NCBI RefSeq assembly: GCF_006345805.1
Contig: NC_042997.1
Coordinates: 50,220,001 to 50,284,000 of the forward strand
Source: Octopus sinensis
Taxonomy: Eukaryota
Length of the DNA: 64,000 bases
Reading direction: 5' to 3'
Both the position numbers and the translations under genes were made by a program. Positions 52,689 through 64,000 of the stretch are shown here, piece after piece. The stretch's first letter is position 1. Every line of letters begins with the position of its first letter. The notes below the pieces were generated by a model. The model was not told where the DNA came from. It was given only the letters and a program-made list of their open reading frames with translations, and did no database searches.

Positions 52689-52905
52689 TATTATAAGTTG
52701 AAGACGGGAAGGATGACTTCCCTTTGCAAATACTGACAGGACACAGATAGTGTGTCTATGGCCAGCTGGAGGAGTGTGTCCTCCTGGGGCTAAAAACTAC
52801 AGTAGCATCCACCCTTAGGGGTTAGCCATATTGAAATGGCAAAAATACGTCACGATGTGTTACCGCTACTGTATATAACTCACTTTGATATTTATCATTG
52901 TTATA

Positions 52906-52944
<39 letters not shown>

Positions 52945-53139
52945 ACTCTCTCTCCCTCTTTCCCTTCAGTGATTGCCATTACACTTTTTGTAGGTAGGTT
53001 ACAATCTACTGCATACCTCTTCTATACACATACGCGCGTGCGCTCGTGGGATTTCGTAATGGGATTTCAAAGCTGTTGATGTAACTTGCAACACTACACA
53101 GTTCATACTCATGTTGAATAAGAGAACAAGTAATAACAT

Positions 53140-53345
53140 TTACATACAGTTTAGCGGAGTTCGATGTGGCTTCCACTTCTCCTACACACATCTGACCGAT
53201 ACTCCAGTTCTTACCGCACACAACGAGCATCAGGTGTAACAGACTGAGCAGCATCCTTGATTCTCTTCTTCAGATGCTTAATACCGGTAACAGGCACACT
53301 GTACGCGCCTTGCCTGACATAGCGCCAGAGGTAAGAATCTCGATA
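53140..53345 (-). mobile_element. Tc1/mariner-superfamily transposase C-terminal remnant
   Basis: YLWRYVRQGAYSVPVTGIKHLKKRIKDAAQSVTPD resembles the LWGYVKDxVY..P...EELKxRI tail of Tc1-like transposases. Confidence 0.5.
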
Positions 53346-53989
53346 CAGAGTAAATGTGTACGTGTTATATATATAATTAAGTAAGTTTGAGTCAACAAGG
53401 AGTACAGAGGAACATTTATTTGTAATCACTATAATTGCTTTCACGCAATGTAGTTCTCCACGTTCGCAAGTATTTATTTAGGCAATCGCTTCCCTGCATT
53501 GTCGTAAGATCCTGTGTCTCTGGGTGAAATCTGAAGGCGCACGAACTTTATACTGAACTCATCTACGTTCTTAAAAAATATAACCTAATGATATATATAT
53601 ATTATATACTTTGGGTATGGTAGATGAGTTTATCAACAATTTAGATTCAGATGAATATGGTACTTAAGTTGAGGCACAAGAATTTAGTACGGTAATATCC
53701 ATATAATTACAAAGTAAGGTGTTTAAAATCAAACTAAGCCGCATGGATATCAAGACGTAATGCAGTACGATCGTTTCATGCAACTCCATTTAATTGAAAA
53801 ATGCAATCATTACATCTATTTAAAATGTTGAGCAATCTTCAGCTGCACAAAGACATAGAATTTAATTACATTAGAACAGATGGACACATATAGATAGATA
53901 TGTATCTATATGTATCTATATATGTATATTTACATACAAGCATATAAACATGTATATGTAATTAGATATATAATTACATTCACTGCATC

Positions 53990-54290
53990 AGTAGCACCAA
54001 GATTCCACGCTAAATCCTCTACAGCTAACTCAGTACCAGGAAAAGATCATATGTCTGCTTCATTCGACACTACAAACTGAGACAGACGAACACTGACATT
54101 GATCCTGGATCCTGAACAATGTGGCATCACATCTTCAAGATTGGCGGAGAACTTTATGAGAGAATAAACATTTACAACTAGAGATCTGCCAACTCCAACG
54201 AAGGTATCCACTGCCCATCAAATGTGACTTTTGTGGGCAATTGTTGTTTGCAAACATCTGCGTTACCTGTCATTAGAGGAACTACAAACG
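53990..54290 (+). mobile_element. Possible decayed RTE-like 3' fragment
   Basis: Weak resemblance only (..QDWRRTL.., CDFCGQ). Confidence 0.3.
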
Positions 54291-55159
54291 AAGAAAAATA
54301 TATTCGGAAACGTGTAGGAATCGATGACGACCAGGGATGCTGATATTGAATAAAAAAAAATTCTGATAACCACTCCACCAAATTTTTTAGATAATTTTAT
54401 CTAGAATATGAAAGAGAGTACTCAATAACAAATGCCGCAGTGCTCACTATATAATACCTACAACCTAATTTAAATTCTCAATGGAATCCAATTTATTTGC
54501 CTTCTGTCGCTTTGAATGTCATTCATAAAAAGTATAAACGTCAGAGTTTCAGTTATTTTTTAAGTACTTTTCTCAAACTCATATATTTCCTATCCTCAAA
54601 TCCATTCTTAATCAATAGATTTAGAAAGCGTTAGTCTCTTCCACTAGACTGAATGTTTCTTCGTCACATCATGAAAAGTGATAAAAGTCTTCAATAATAC
54701 CTCCCCCAATGATTCAATAGTTTACGAGATATTAACACGCACAATTGGCTTTCCTCTGTTAAACTGCAGTGGCATAACTACACAATTTACATTTCAAAAC
54801 AATTCTATTGAATTTTATTGACTATAGCAGGCAAATATCGATACACATAGTCGCCTAAGAAAATGTTGATTATTTATTTTTTTTCACTAATCCATTTACA
54901 TTACAGTTATAAATATTGATTTCAAAACTTCGACAAAAACTCATACAGCTGAAGGAAAGAGGAACATTCAACTAAATCGTTTCTCGTCCATTTTTTAGTA
55001 CATTTTACTTGACAGTGGAGTGGTGTACAGCAATGTTAACACCGACAGGATTCGAACTCATTACATAATGAAGTATAGATAAACACGGACGGGCATTTGC
55101 TATCGTTCTCTATCGTTTATTACATTCAAGTTATAAATTTTAATATTCACTCATTATAA

Positions 55160-55290
55160 TCCCGCCGAGGTCCACTTTGCTGTTCATCCTTTCGAGGTCG
55201 ATAAATGAAGTACCAGTTGAGAATTGGGGTCGATGTAATCGACTTATTCCTTCACCCGAAACCGCTGGACTTGTGCCAAAATTTGAAATC
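55160..55290 (+). mobile_element. SINE family S1, 3' part
   Basis: ccgccgaggtccactttgc..catcctttcgaggtcgataaatgaagtaccagttg. Confidence 0.7.
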
Positions 55291-57749
55291 AATATTCACT
55301 CCTTAGAGGTTAATGTTTATGAGTGACTGATGATAATCAATAAAGAAAGAAACAGTGTCACGCTGACACATCGCTACGATTTGTATTTCTGAGCAACAAT
55401 TATCATGAATGTAGTTCGACATGTCACAGACGTTTCACTGTACATATATATATATATATAGAGAGAGAGAGGGGGGATGGAGGGAGGGAGATGGCAAAGG
55501 ATTGACGTCTTTCTGGCCATTATTGACGACCTAAGTAAATTTATTGAATCGACTGCACCTGTGATTCGAAACTCGATCACGATCCATAACAGTTGACAGT
55601 ATGCTTCCTCCTCTATGAATTTCACTGCACGACAAGTACAGTGATGAACAGAAAATCACTGTGAACTGCATCAAATTCTTCGCTTATTATAATTCAATGA
55701 TTTACTATCATTCAAAGTAATTGGTTAACTTAGACGTTCACCATCAATTCTTGTCTAATTATATTCTTATCACATCCATCAGTTACTCAACGTTTTATAC
55801 ATATATATTTTTCAATTTCTTACTCATTAACACACATTGTTACTCCGTTTTTTTATTCTTATAAATTCACTTAAAGTGAATTCATTTTAATTGTTTTAAT
55901 AAGTAAAGTACATCAGAAGATCATTACCAGGATTTCAGAAACACTTCTGTTTCATTAAGCCATTATAGTTAAATTACGTAACTCAGTTTGTGTCATGGTG
56001 ATATAGCTAAAATGTTGCAATCCAATTAGCTCTGATTTAAAGTAGAGCTAAAATTAAAGAAAAAAAATTGCAAGTTGCTTATTCTGTAAAAGATACACAA
56101 ATTAAAGAACCAAATGCAATTTTTCCTCTTCTTTCAACATAAAGGGTGCATAGAACATTCTTGATACTTTCCTTTCGTTGTTTCTCTAATTCCTATTCAT
56201 AAATACCTTTAAAAGAAAAACACAGGTTATCGAACAAATGCGGAAACGTACTAACGCAAATAATAAAAAGTAAATATCAAGCACACGTATGTTGCCTAAG
56301 CATGCATTAATATTGATCTCTGCTTTTATCACTATGTCGCAACATTCTAAGAGAGGATTGCAATTAAATGATATTTAATGGTATTTATTTTATAAACCCG
56401 GAAACATGAGGGGCAATTTGATCCCTGATAATATTAAATACTTTGAAATCTTTCTTTGTTCAGTGCTTTATGGATTGTACCATCTGCCACCACCTTTAGA
56501 TATGCTAATATCATTGTAACGAGGTTATACATTTGGAAGAGGCTTATAGTTCATCAGATCAGCCTAGAAATTGGTTAGTACATTATTCTATGAACATCAA
56601 AAGGGGGCGATTTTAAGCTAAATCCCGCGAGCTCATCTTTTCCTTTCATTTTCTTCCGGGGTCAATAAATAAACATGACAATCAAAATTCTGAGGAATTC
56701 TGTCTATTATTTTATATGTGGGGATAAGTTTGCTTCGTTGTGTAAAACATAAGTCTCTTGCGAAACCAAACCGTAATAATGTTTCGATTCTCAGTTTTAA
56801 CTAGTTGGAAAGAATTCGAGCTCAGAATGTAGAAGGACTAAATTAAAAAGCACAACTTGCTACGGTATTTTTCCATACCATTATCTGTATTTATAATAAT
56901 TAATGCTAACTTCTTAAATGAACTAACTACAATTGTAAAGTGATGGAATAAATCAATTGTGGTATTTATCTTCATCTTTCTCGTTTTAAATTCCACCGAA
57001 ATCAAAATTAGAAGAGTCGTTAGAGCCTTGGAAATAATTACCTGTACGAGATTTGTTCCGATTTCCTACGCTCTGATTTCAAATCCAAGTGAGGTTGACT
57101 TTGCCTTTCACTTTTTCAGGGTCGAAAATAATGAATTAATCCAGGTCATTGGACCGGAGGGATTGTTTCGAGTGTCGTATAGAATATCTGTTCCGTTATT
57201 TTATATTCTCATGTCAAAATCCTATCATTTAGTTAACTAACATCTTCCGGATGGACTAAGACTGATAAAAACCCCTGTAACAAAGGCACCGAACTCAAGA
57301 GTGTATACATGCTTAGTGAGAGGAACCATATAAGAGTACAGTTGAAAAACTCTTCTTTAACATAAACTTGAGTTTCTTTTACAAATGTCATTCATTTATA
57401 TATATTAATTGATAAGAGCGAAGTGGTGGTTGTTAAATCTATCGCCATCAGTTCTAAGGAATGGCGTAGAGTGGATTTTGACTGCTCCGTGCAGTGGCCA
57501 AAATGGCCTACTTCTTCTTTGCATTTAACATACTACAGCAACCACAAATATATAAAGTGGCCACCCTGTTCCTTCCTCATACACCGTTTACCCCCACGCT
57601 ACATCACTGGTACTAACTGCATACAAGTATTCACTTCTTACTGCCCTCGTTCCAACGTGAGATCAGACCAAATCAAATTCTGTCCTTCTTCCGAGGATCA
57701 GCAAGTAAGTACGGTTATCATTATTCAAAGTTCAGTCATAATGCTGCGA

Positions 57750-57950
57750 AGCTGCAGGCTCGCTATCACGCCCGACAAAATGCTCAGTGGCATTTCGTCC
57801 CCCTTTACCTTTTGAGATCAAATTCCGCCGAGGTCCATGTTGTCCTTCATCCTTTCAGGGTCCATAAAATAAGTACCAGTTGAGGACAGGGGTCGATGTG
57901 ATCGATATACCCTCTCCCCACACAATGGTGGCTTTGAACCAAAATTTGAA
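57750..57950 (+). mobile_element. SINE family S1, degenerate
   Basis: aaatgctcagtggcatttcgtc..aaattccgccgaggtc..aaaataagtaccagttg. Confidence 0.72.
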
Positions 57951-58552
57951 ACAATTATTAAAATTATCTATAGACTGTACTCTCTTGTCAAAGAAACTAA
58001 ATATTGTTAACTCAAGGGGTCATCGTCATTTATTATGCATTAAGTCCCATGATAGATATGGATATATAAATGCAAATTGTATTTAAATATTAATCAATTC
58101 ATTAAGACTAATCTTAATACACAGAAATGAATATGTGTGTGTGTGTGTGCGTGTGACAGTATGTTCCAAGCTGCAGACATCTCGGTAGTTGTATTTGCAT
58201 AGAGGCATATCTTTTCCGGGAGATTGTTATCGACCAAATAAGTTCTGGGGAAATGAAATAAGAATATAGTATACCATATTGTACTGCAATACAAACTACC
58301 AAAAGTTCTGATTAGAAAACTAATCAGAGTAATTTTGTAAATTAGTACATTGTTTTCAGAAAAAAAAAAGCTCCAGAAAATGAAATGTAGAATGCAAGAG
58401 TAAGATTTTACTTGAAATTCTGTATTTGTTTAATCAATTATGAAGGCTGACTTAAGATATTTATGTCCGCAAACCAAGAAATTGACACCTGATGTTGGTC
58501 GCTGCTCAAACTACCTGAAACATAGCGCTGATGTAAATATTAAAATTTGTTA

Positions 58553-58975
58553 AGGCGGCGAGCTGGCAGAATTGTTAGTACGCCGGAAAAAATGCTTAAC
58601 GGTATTTCGTCCGAGTCTATATTCCACTGAAGTCGACTTCGCCTTTCATCATTTTCCGGGCCGATAAAATAAGTACCAGTTGCGTGCTGGGGTCATTGTA
58701 ATCGACTATCTCACTCCACCAAAATTTCAGGCCTATAATAAAGAGGATGATTTTTTTTAAGGCTGCGAGCAGGCACAATCGTGAGCACACCGGACAAAAT
58801 GCTTAGCGGCATTTCGTACGTCTTTTCGCTCTGAGTCCAAATTCCTTAGAGGTCAACTTTCATTTTCATCCTTTTCGGGGTCGATAAAATAATTACCTAT
58901 TAAGCACTGAAGTCGATGTAATCGACTTAGCTCCTCCACCCCGAACTTACAGGCCTTGTTGCCAAAATTTGAAAC
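58553..58975 (+). mobile_element. Two head-to-tail S1 SINE copies (about 58553-58745 and 58760-58975)
   Basis: Two successive aggc(g/t)gcgagc(t/a)ggca heads, each with an S1 body. Confidence 0.82.
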
Positions 58976-59571
58976 CAATATTAAAATTTATTTCTTCAGT
59001 CCAAAAAATTTTAATCTCATGGTTTTAATTTTTCTACCCATTTTATGGGATTTTCGATATTTCCATATTTACCTCTTAATGCGGCATGAGCAGTTATGAA
59101 GCACCCTTACAGCAATCCACCAACACAGTATCGATTCTACCTTTACGAAGGTAGCTCGAATATTACATAGTGGCATATCTTTTCAAGGAGAAGGTCTTGG
59201 ACTGTGTTATTCTTGTTCAGAAAAATTGGATGGCTTTGATTTTTTTTTTTTACGTTTTTTCAGCTTCTGACAGGAAAAATTATTTTATTTCCTTAAGCAC
59301 TTCAAGTGTCGTTGATAAAAGCAACTGATTAGAAAAATTAATCACTGCGTGTAATTATGTCAATTAGTACTGTATTTTGATAAAATAAAATAAAATGAAA
59401 TAAAATATTTTACCCCGGAATGTGTAAAAAAAAAAAAAGAGTCAAGTGTAAAATTTTGTTATCGATTCTATATTTGAATTTTAATGTTTTTTATATGAAG
59501 TTTGATTTGAAACATATTCTGAAATGCTTGGAGGCGACACTTCTGGGCCATCTGAAGATTATCTTTTACCC

Positions 59572-59973
59572 TTTACTTGTTTCAGTCATTAGACTACGGT
59601 CATGCTGGGGCACTGCCTTGAAGAATTTTTAGTCGAATGAATCGACCCCAGTACTCATAGTCTTTTAAGTCTGATTTTATTCTCTCTCGGTCGGTCTTTT
59701 GCCGAACCGCTAAGCTACGATGACTTAGACACACTAACACAGGTTGTCAAGCGGTGGTGGGAAACAAATACAGGCACAAAGATACGCACACACACATACA
59801 TATATATACATATATACAAAGAGCTTCTTTCAGTTTCCCTATACTAAGTCCACCCACAATGCCTTGGTCGACTCGAGGCTATAGTAGAAGACGCTCACCT
59901 GAAGTGCCATGCATTGTGACTGAACCCGGAACCATGTAGTTAGGAAACAAGCTTCTTACCACACAGCCGCGCC
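59572..59973 (-). mobile_element. SINE family S2
   Basis: Head and tail match the other S2 copies. Confidence 0.82.
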
Positions 59974-60369
59974 GGTGCCTATAAATTATAAGGATCTTTT
60001 GAAAACAATTGATCCGAAATATAGCGAATTCATGTGAATATATTTTATGAATAAACCTGGGAAATACCAACTGGCTACCAATAAGCTTGATATCATCTCT
60101 GTTCTTTCATAGAAAAAGCTGAGGGCCAAGAGCGAATTTTCACGTCAGATTCATGATTGAAATTTTATCCAAGAAGTAATTATTTTTCCAGAATAAATAA
60201 CCCGTCACCTTGAGTACTATTTCTATGTCGTCAATCTCTTAGCATTTGGGAAAAGGATGTATGGAGACGGATCAATAAGATAGGAAGTTCAAGGGGGTTC
60301 AAGTTCCGTTAATGCGGATGCACGAAACACTTACCTTTGAAAAAGTTCGGCTCACTTAGATAAATAAAT

Positions 60370-60619
60370 AAATGCGCACTTTTAAAGCCTAGCCAGGCTC
60401 ATGGGCCCGGTTTCCCGGTTTCTATGGCGTATGTGTTCCCCAGTTGGATGAGACGCCTGTCCATCAGAGCGTTACTCATTTTTGCCAGCTGAGTGGACTG
60501 GAGCAACTTGAAATGAAGTGTTTTGCTCAAGAACACAACGCGTCGCCCGGTCCAGGAATCGAAACCACAATCTTATGATCATGATGCTAAAACCCTAACC
60601 ACTAAGCCACGCGCCTTCA
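60370..60619 (-). mobile_element. SINE family S3
   Basis: Near-identical to 10454-10702; flanked by a ggctcacttag duplication. Confidence 0.85.
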
Positions 60620-61204
60620 CTTGGCTCACTTAGCTGTAAATAAATATTGTTCACTATTGTAACCTGTTGCAAAATTATTGACAAGGTTTCGAGCGTTTTG
60701 TCAGCTTCTAGGGCTGAAAGCAATTTCAGCAAATATAGCTTAGAGAAGATAACCACTCCGAAATGCTTGCATCTCACAGTCTAGGTGGGTGACGCTGCCG
60801 GCTGATTTTAGATGTATTTGCACCATTTGTCTACTGCGAGAAATTTTCTCTATTACAAAGTACAATAAATGGCTCTCTTGTGGGTTCGAATATCCCCCAA
60901 GCATATTTGAACTGATCATAAACTTGTATTTATTGTTTAAAGTAGTTTTTTGGTATAAAAAGCTGACGAACACACGATAGATTCCATGAAGGCGAAAGCT
61001 TTAAATGATGTGCTTCCCGATCTAGCGAGATGCGGAGCTGACACACAAAACAATTGAAGGCTTACGATATACTAGATTCCCGGAATTATTTTTGTTCTCA
61101 TTTTATTATTGGTAATTTCAACATAAAGTATTCGTTTCAAATGTTGTAACTAACTACTGGCTGAAGAAAGGGTGTCTCGTATTCCACCACGTCTATTTTA
61201 CTGT

Positions 61205-61546
61205 TTTCCTTATTAATGTATCTGTTCAGTCTTTTATTCTTTTACGGGGACGTAAGCAAACCAACACTGGTTATCAAGCTGTGTTGGGGAACAAACACAA
61301 ACACAGAGGCACATTCACACTCAGAGAGTTATATACATACATACACAAGGGCCTTCTTTCAGTTATATACATATATACACCACACAGTTATACACGTGAA
61401 TACACGGCGGGCTTCTTTCATTCTCCGAGAACCAAATCCACTTTGGTCGATCCCAGACTATAGCAGAAGACGCCCAAGGTGCCATGCAGAGGTACTGAAC
61501 CCGGAACCATGTGATTGGGAAACAAATATCTTACAACACAACCACG
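61205..61546 (-). mobile_element. SINE family S2, degenerate
   Basis: ttttacggggacgtaagcaaaccaacac.. and ..actgaacccggaaccatgtg match S2. Confidence 0.7.
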
Positions 61547-63756
61547 TTTAGATAACGCTAAACACCGTTGACAGCGAGAGCATATTAATATTTCATTAAC
61601 TTACAATTTTTCCGAAAGGCGAAATAAAAATAATGAAATTACATTCAGGTATTCATCCTCTGACAAGAAAGTTTCCATCCTTTTGGCCAGTCTTTCTATC
61701 AGTTCCAAGTCCTAGTTCTCTTTTGTATCAGCTAAGATAACTGATAGTGCAGTAACCTTTGAACTTATCGTGTATATGCATCTTCCTCCATAAGAATATA
61801 TTTTCTCACTACGTGCGTTTTCATGACCGTGTTATATATTTCGACACGAAAACTTCGAATTATTCATAGAAATTGGATTCTAAATAAAACTGAAGTCCTT
61901 TGAAATAGGTAATTTCATTATAATAATCGAGCAAATGCTTAATAACAACTGTTATAAGAAAGATAGGTAACTGCAAGAACTATTATTATATAAATATGTC
62001 GTTTATAAAATATCTTGTAAATACTTTCCAAAAGCAGTTCTTTGTCGATATAGCGATAGCTTTGATGTTAGATAGCATTGTAACAAAATTTAGAATTTTT
62101 TACCACATTTCAGTAACAATATACGCTGCGCATTATTGATGCAATGCCAAAATCTTGTTTGATGATTCAGTTTATATGCAATTTTGGCAATATTGAAAAT
62201 ACATTCTTCATTCTACCATATTAGTTTAAAATGAGCTAACCATAAGTAATCGATGGCGTCAGGTGTCTTATAAACGTAGTAAACATAATTAAAAGGAGGT
62301 AAAAATTGGAATACAAAATAGTTTTCAATTACTTGGTAAGATTATCTTTATTAGAATGGTGTAATACTACTTGGTGTTTATGATCTATTTTTGAAGCAAG
62401 GAAAAGCTGCAGAAATCGACGAAGTAAATTTCTGCTGCAAAGTTTTGAAAGAACATTATTTCTCAAGAGTGTGTATTTGTATCCAGATGAATGAAAGTGA
62501 ACTACCCCTTCATAATATAAGGATTTTCTCAAAATTACGCTGATTTTAATCATGAAATTTAGAGCAACGAGTTAACACCTGCGAGTGCAATATATCAGTC
62601 GGGTTAAATTCTTATTAAATATTAATTATACAATTCACGGTTTCCTGATCATAGTTATCAAAATTAACAGAGTAGCGGGCAACCAGCAGGCAAATCAACT
62701 GCTTGTTTACCATCACCTGCAGTGGTGTCTGTAGCTATCACCTTCTCTATCTCCTAGCAAGTTCTGTAGAATAGAAACAGCTTTTCACTGTAAACTGCGA
62801 CAATACAATAAAAATGACGAGCATTGGACCTCGAGTTTACTTCTTTCTGTGTATACACAAATTCTATAACAGAAGTTGCTATATAACAATATTGCAAAAT
62901 AACTTGATTTGTATTGTAATAGGCGATTAGAATGACTGGTTTTTAATTCAGGAATTTGTCTAGGATTAAGTCATCCATTTGAAAGAAGTTTTACTACTAG
63001 TTCTAGCAGTTTATGTATCAAGCAGAGGCTCCCTTGTTCTTTGTTTTAGTCTGTTCTAGTGTATTACTATTGCTTATTCCCAAATCATATCGAAGGCATT
63101 AACAAAATATTCCAGATGCAAGGATGCTATCTCTTATCATTATTTAACAGCAGATTTCTCAAAGCTTGCCAGTTGCTTCTCAAAGGATTGAGAGTCTATT
63201 TCGCAGTAAAATTTACATTCTAAATATTTGATTTGAATAAAATAAATTTTGATGACTCTGTTGTTATCTCATATATCCATTAAATGGAAATAAACTACAT
63301 CAGTTTAAGAGAGTGATGAAATATGATTTGAGACATTGAGTATTTCCCAGGAGCATTTGTACTGTCAGTGAAAGATCAACCACATTTAGATCACCGACCA
63401 TGTCTGCCTAATACCGTCTCGTATATCCGAAAGAAATCAATATTTTGTAAACATTGTTCTTATATTTCAGCTCTATCCTGTCCCTTGAACTACAAGTAGT
63501 ACCAGTGAGAATGATATGAACATTGCAACTTCAAATTCCTCTGTTTGTATAGTCAATAGAAACAGATATTTTCATTTATATAGAAATGGATATTTATATA
63601 TCGATGATTTGTCATTAGCGCTTTATTATCTCCATAGGTTAAGACAACTCAATAGTTAACTCTACTATATTACAACAGCGGATTTATAATTCATCATTAC
63701 AAGCAGAGCAGATGCTAAAAATTATAGGCTTATCTCTTCTCTGACCTCACACATCA

Positions 63757-64000
63757 GCAAATTCATGGAACAAACAGCTTGAAGGAAATTAATTGCGTTC
63801 CTTGAAGAAAATGACTTGCAAAGTGATACCCAGCATGGTTTTCCACCAGGTAGAAGCTGCCTGACACAACTTTTCAACACTACGACTGGGCGTAAAAACA
63901 GCTGCTCAACAACTCAAATGTGGACATGATATACCTCGACCATGCAAAAGCCTTTCATTAAGTTCACCATGGTATGATATGTCACTAGCTGCCTGATCTT
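63757..64000 (+). mobile_element. CR1-like LINE RT fragment, running off the window end
   Basis: FLEENDLQSDTQHGFPPGRSCLTQL and VDMIYLDHAKAF..VHH match CR1-type RT motifs (QHGF..GRSCLT, YLDF.KAFD.V.H). Confidence 0.75.

Larger units (their letters stand above)
52194..52902. mobile_element. Non-coding HHR-bearing 353-nt unit (retrozyme / PLE pLTR-like): 1.25-mer plus inverted copy, in (TA)n
   Basis: 52194-52283 is repeated at 52547-52636 (period 353); 52637-52902 is the reverse complement of 52498-52546 joined to 52194-52410; (TA)n on both outer sides. Confidence 0.85.

Noticed and set aside
55323-55362. CTGATGA...GAAACAGTGTC hammerhead-like string
   Set aside because: No stem II can form and stem I is mismatched at its first pair.

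Overview
AT-rich (by eye) eukaryotic DNA dominated by repeats. I could not identify any host protein-coding gene, so the window is probably intergenic or inside a large intron. The SINE, Penelope-like and microsatellite content resembles a cephalopod (octopus-like) genome; this is inference from recalled repeat families, not a database result. Contents: (1) a nearly full-length, recently inactivated R4/Dong-clade LINE (RT + CCHC + restriction-like endonuclease) and a second Dong-type 3' fragment inside (TAA)n; (2) five same-orientation, independently 5'-truncated Tx1-clade LINE copies of two subfamilies, each inserted at the same phase of (TATC)n; (3) several type I hammerhead ribozyme (HHR) motifs, including a textbook HHR in a non-coding 353-nt unit present as a 1.25-mer plus an inverted copy between (TA)n tracts, and an HHR-bearing 450-bp tandem dimer (both retrozyme-like); (4) decayed Penelope-like elements (GIY-YIG and RT remnants); (5) non-autonomous Helitrons, including a head-to-tail array; (6) a mariner and an intron-containing Tc1 fossil; (7) CR1-like and RTE-like fragments, about 20 tRNA-derived SINE copies of three families, and many microsatellites. 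Most short ORFs in the supplied track are microsatellite or antisense artefacts. Many boundaries were read by eye and may be off by a few bases.
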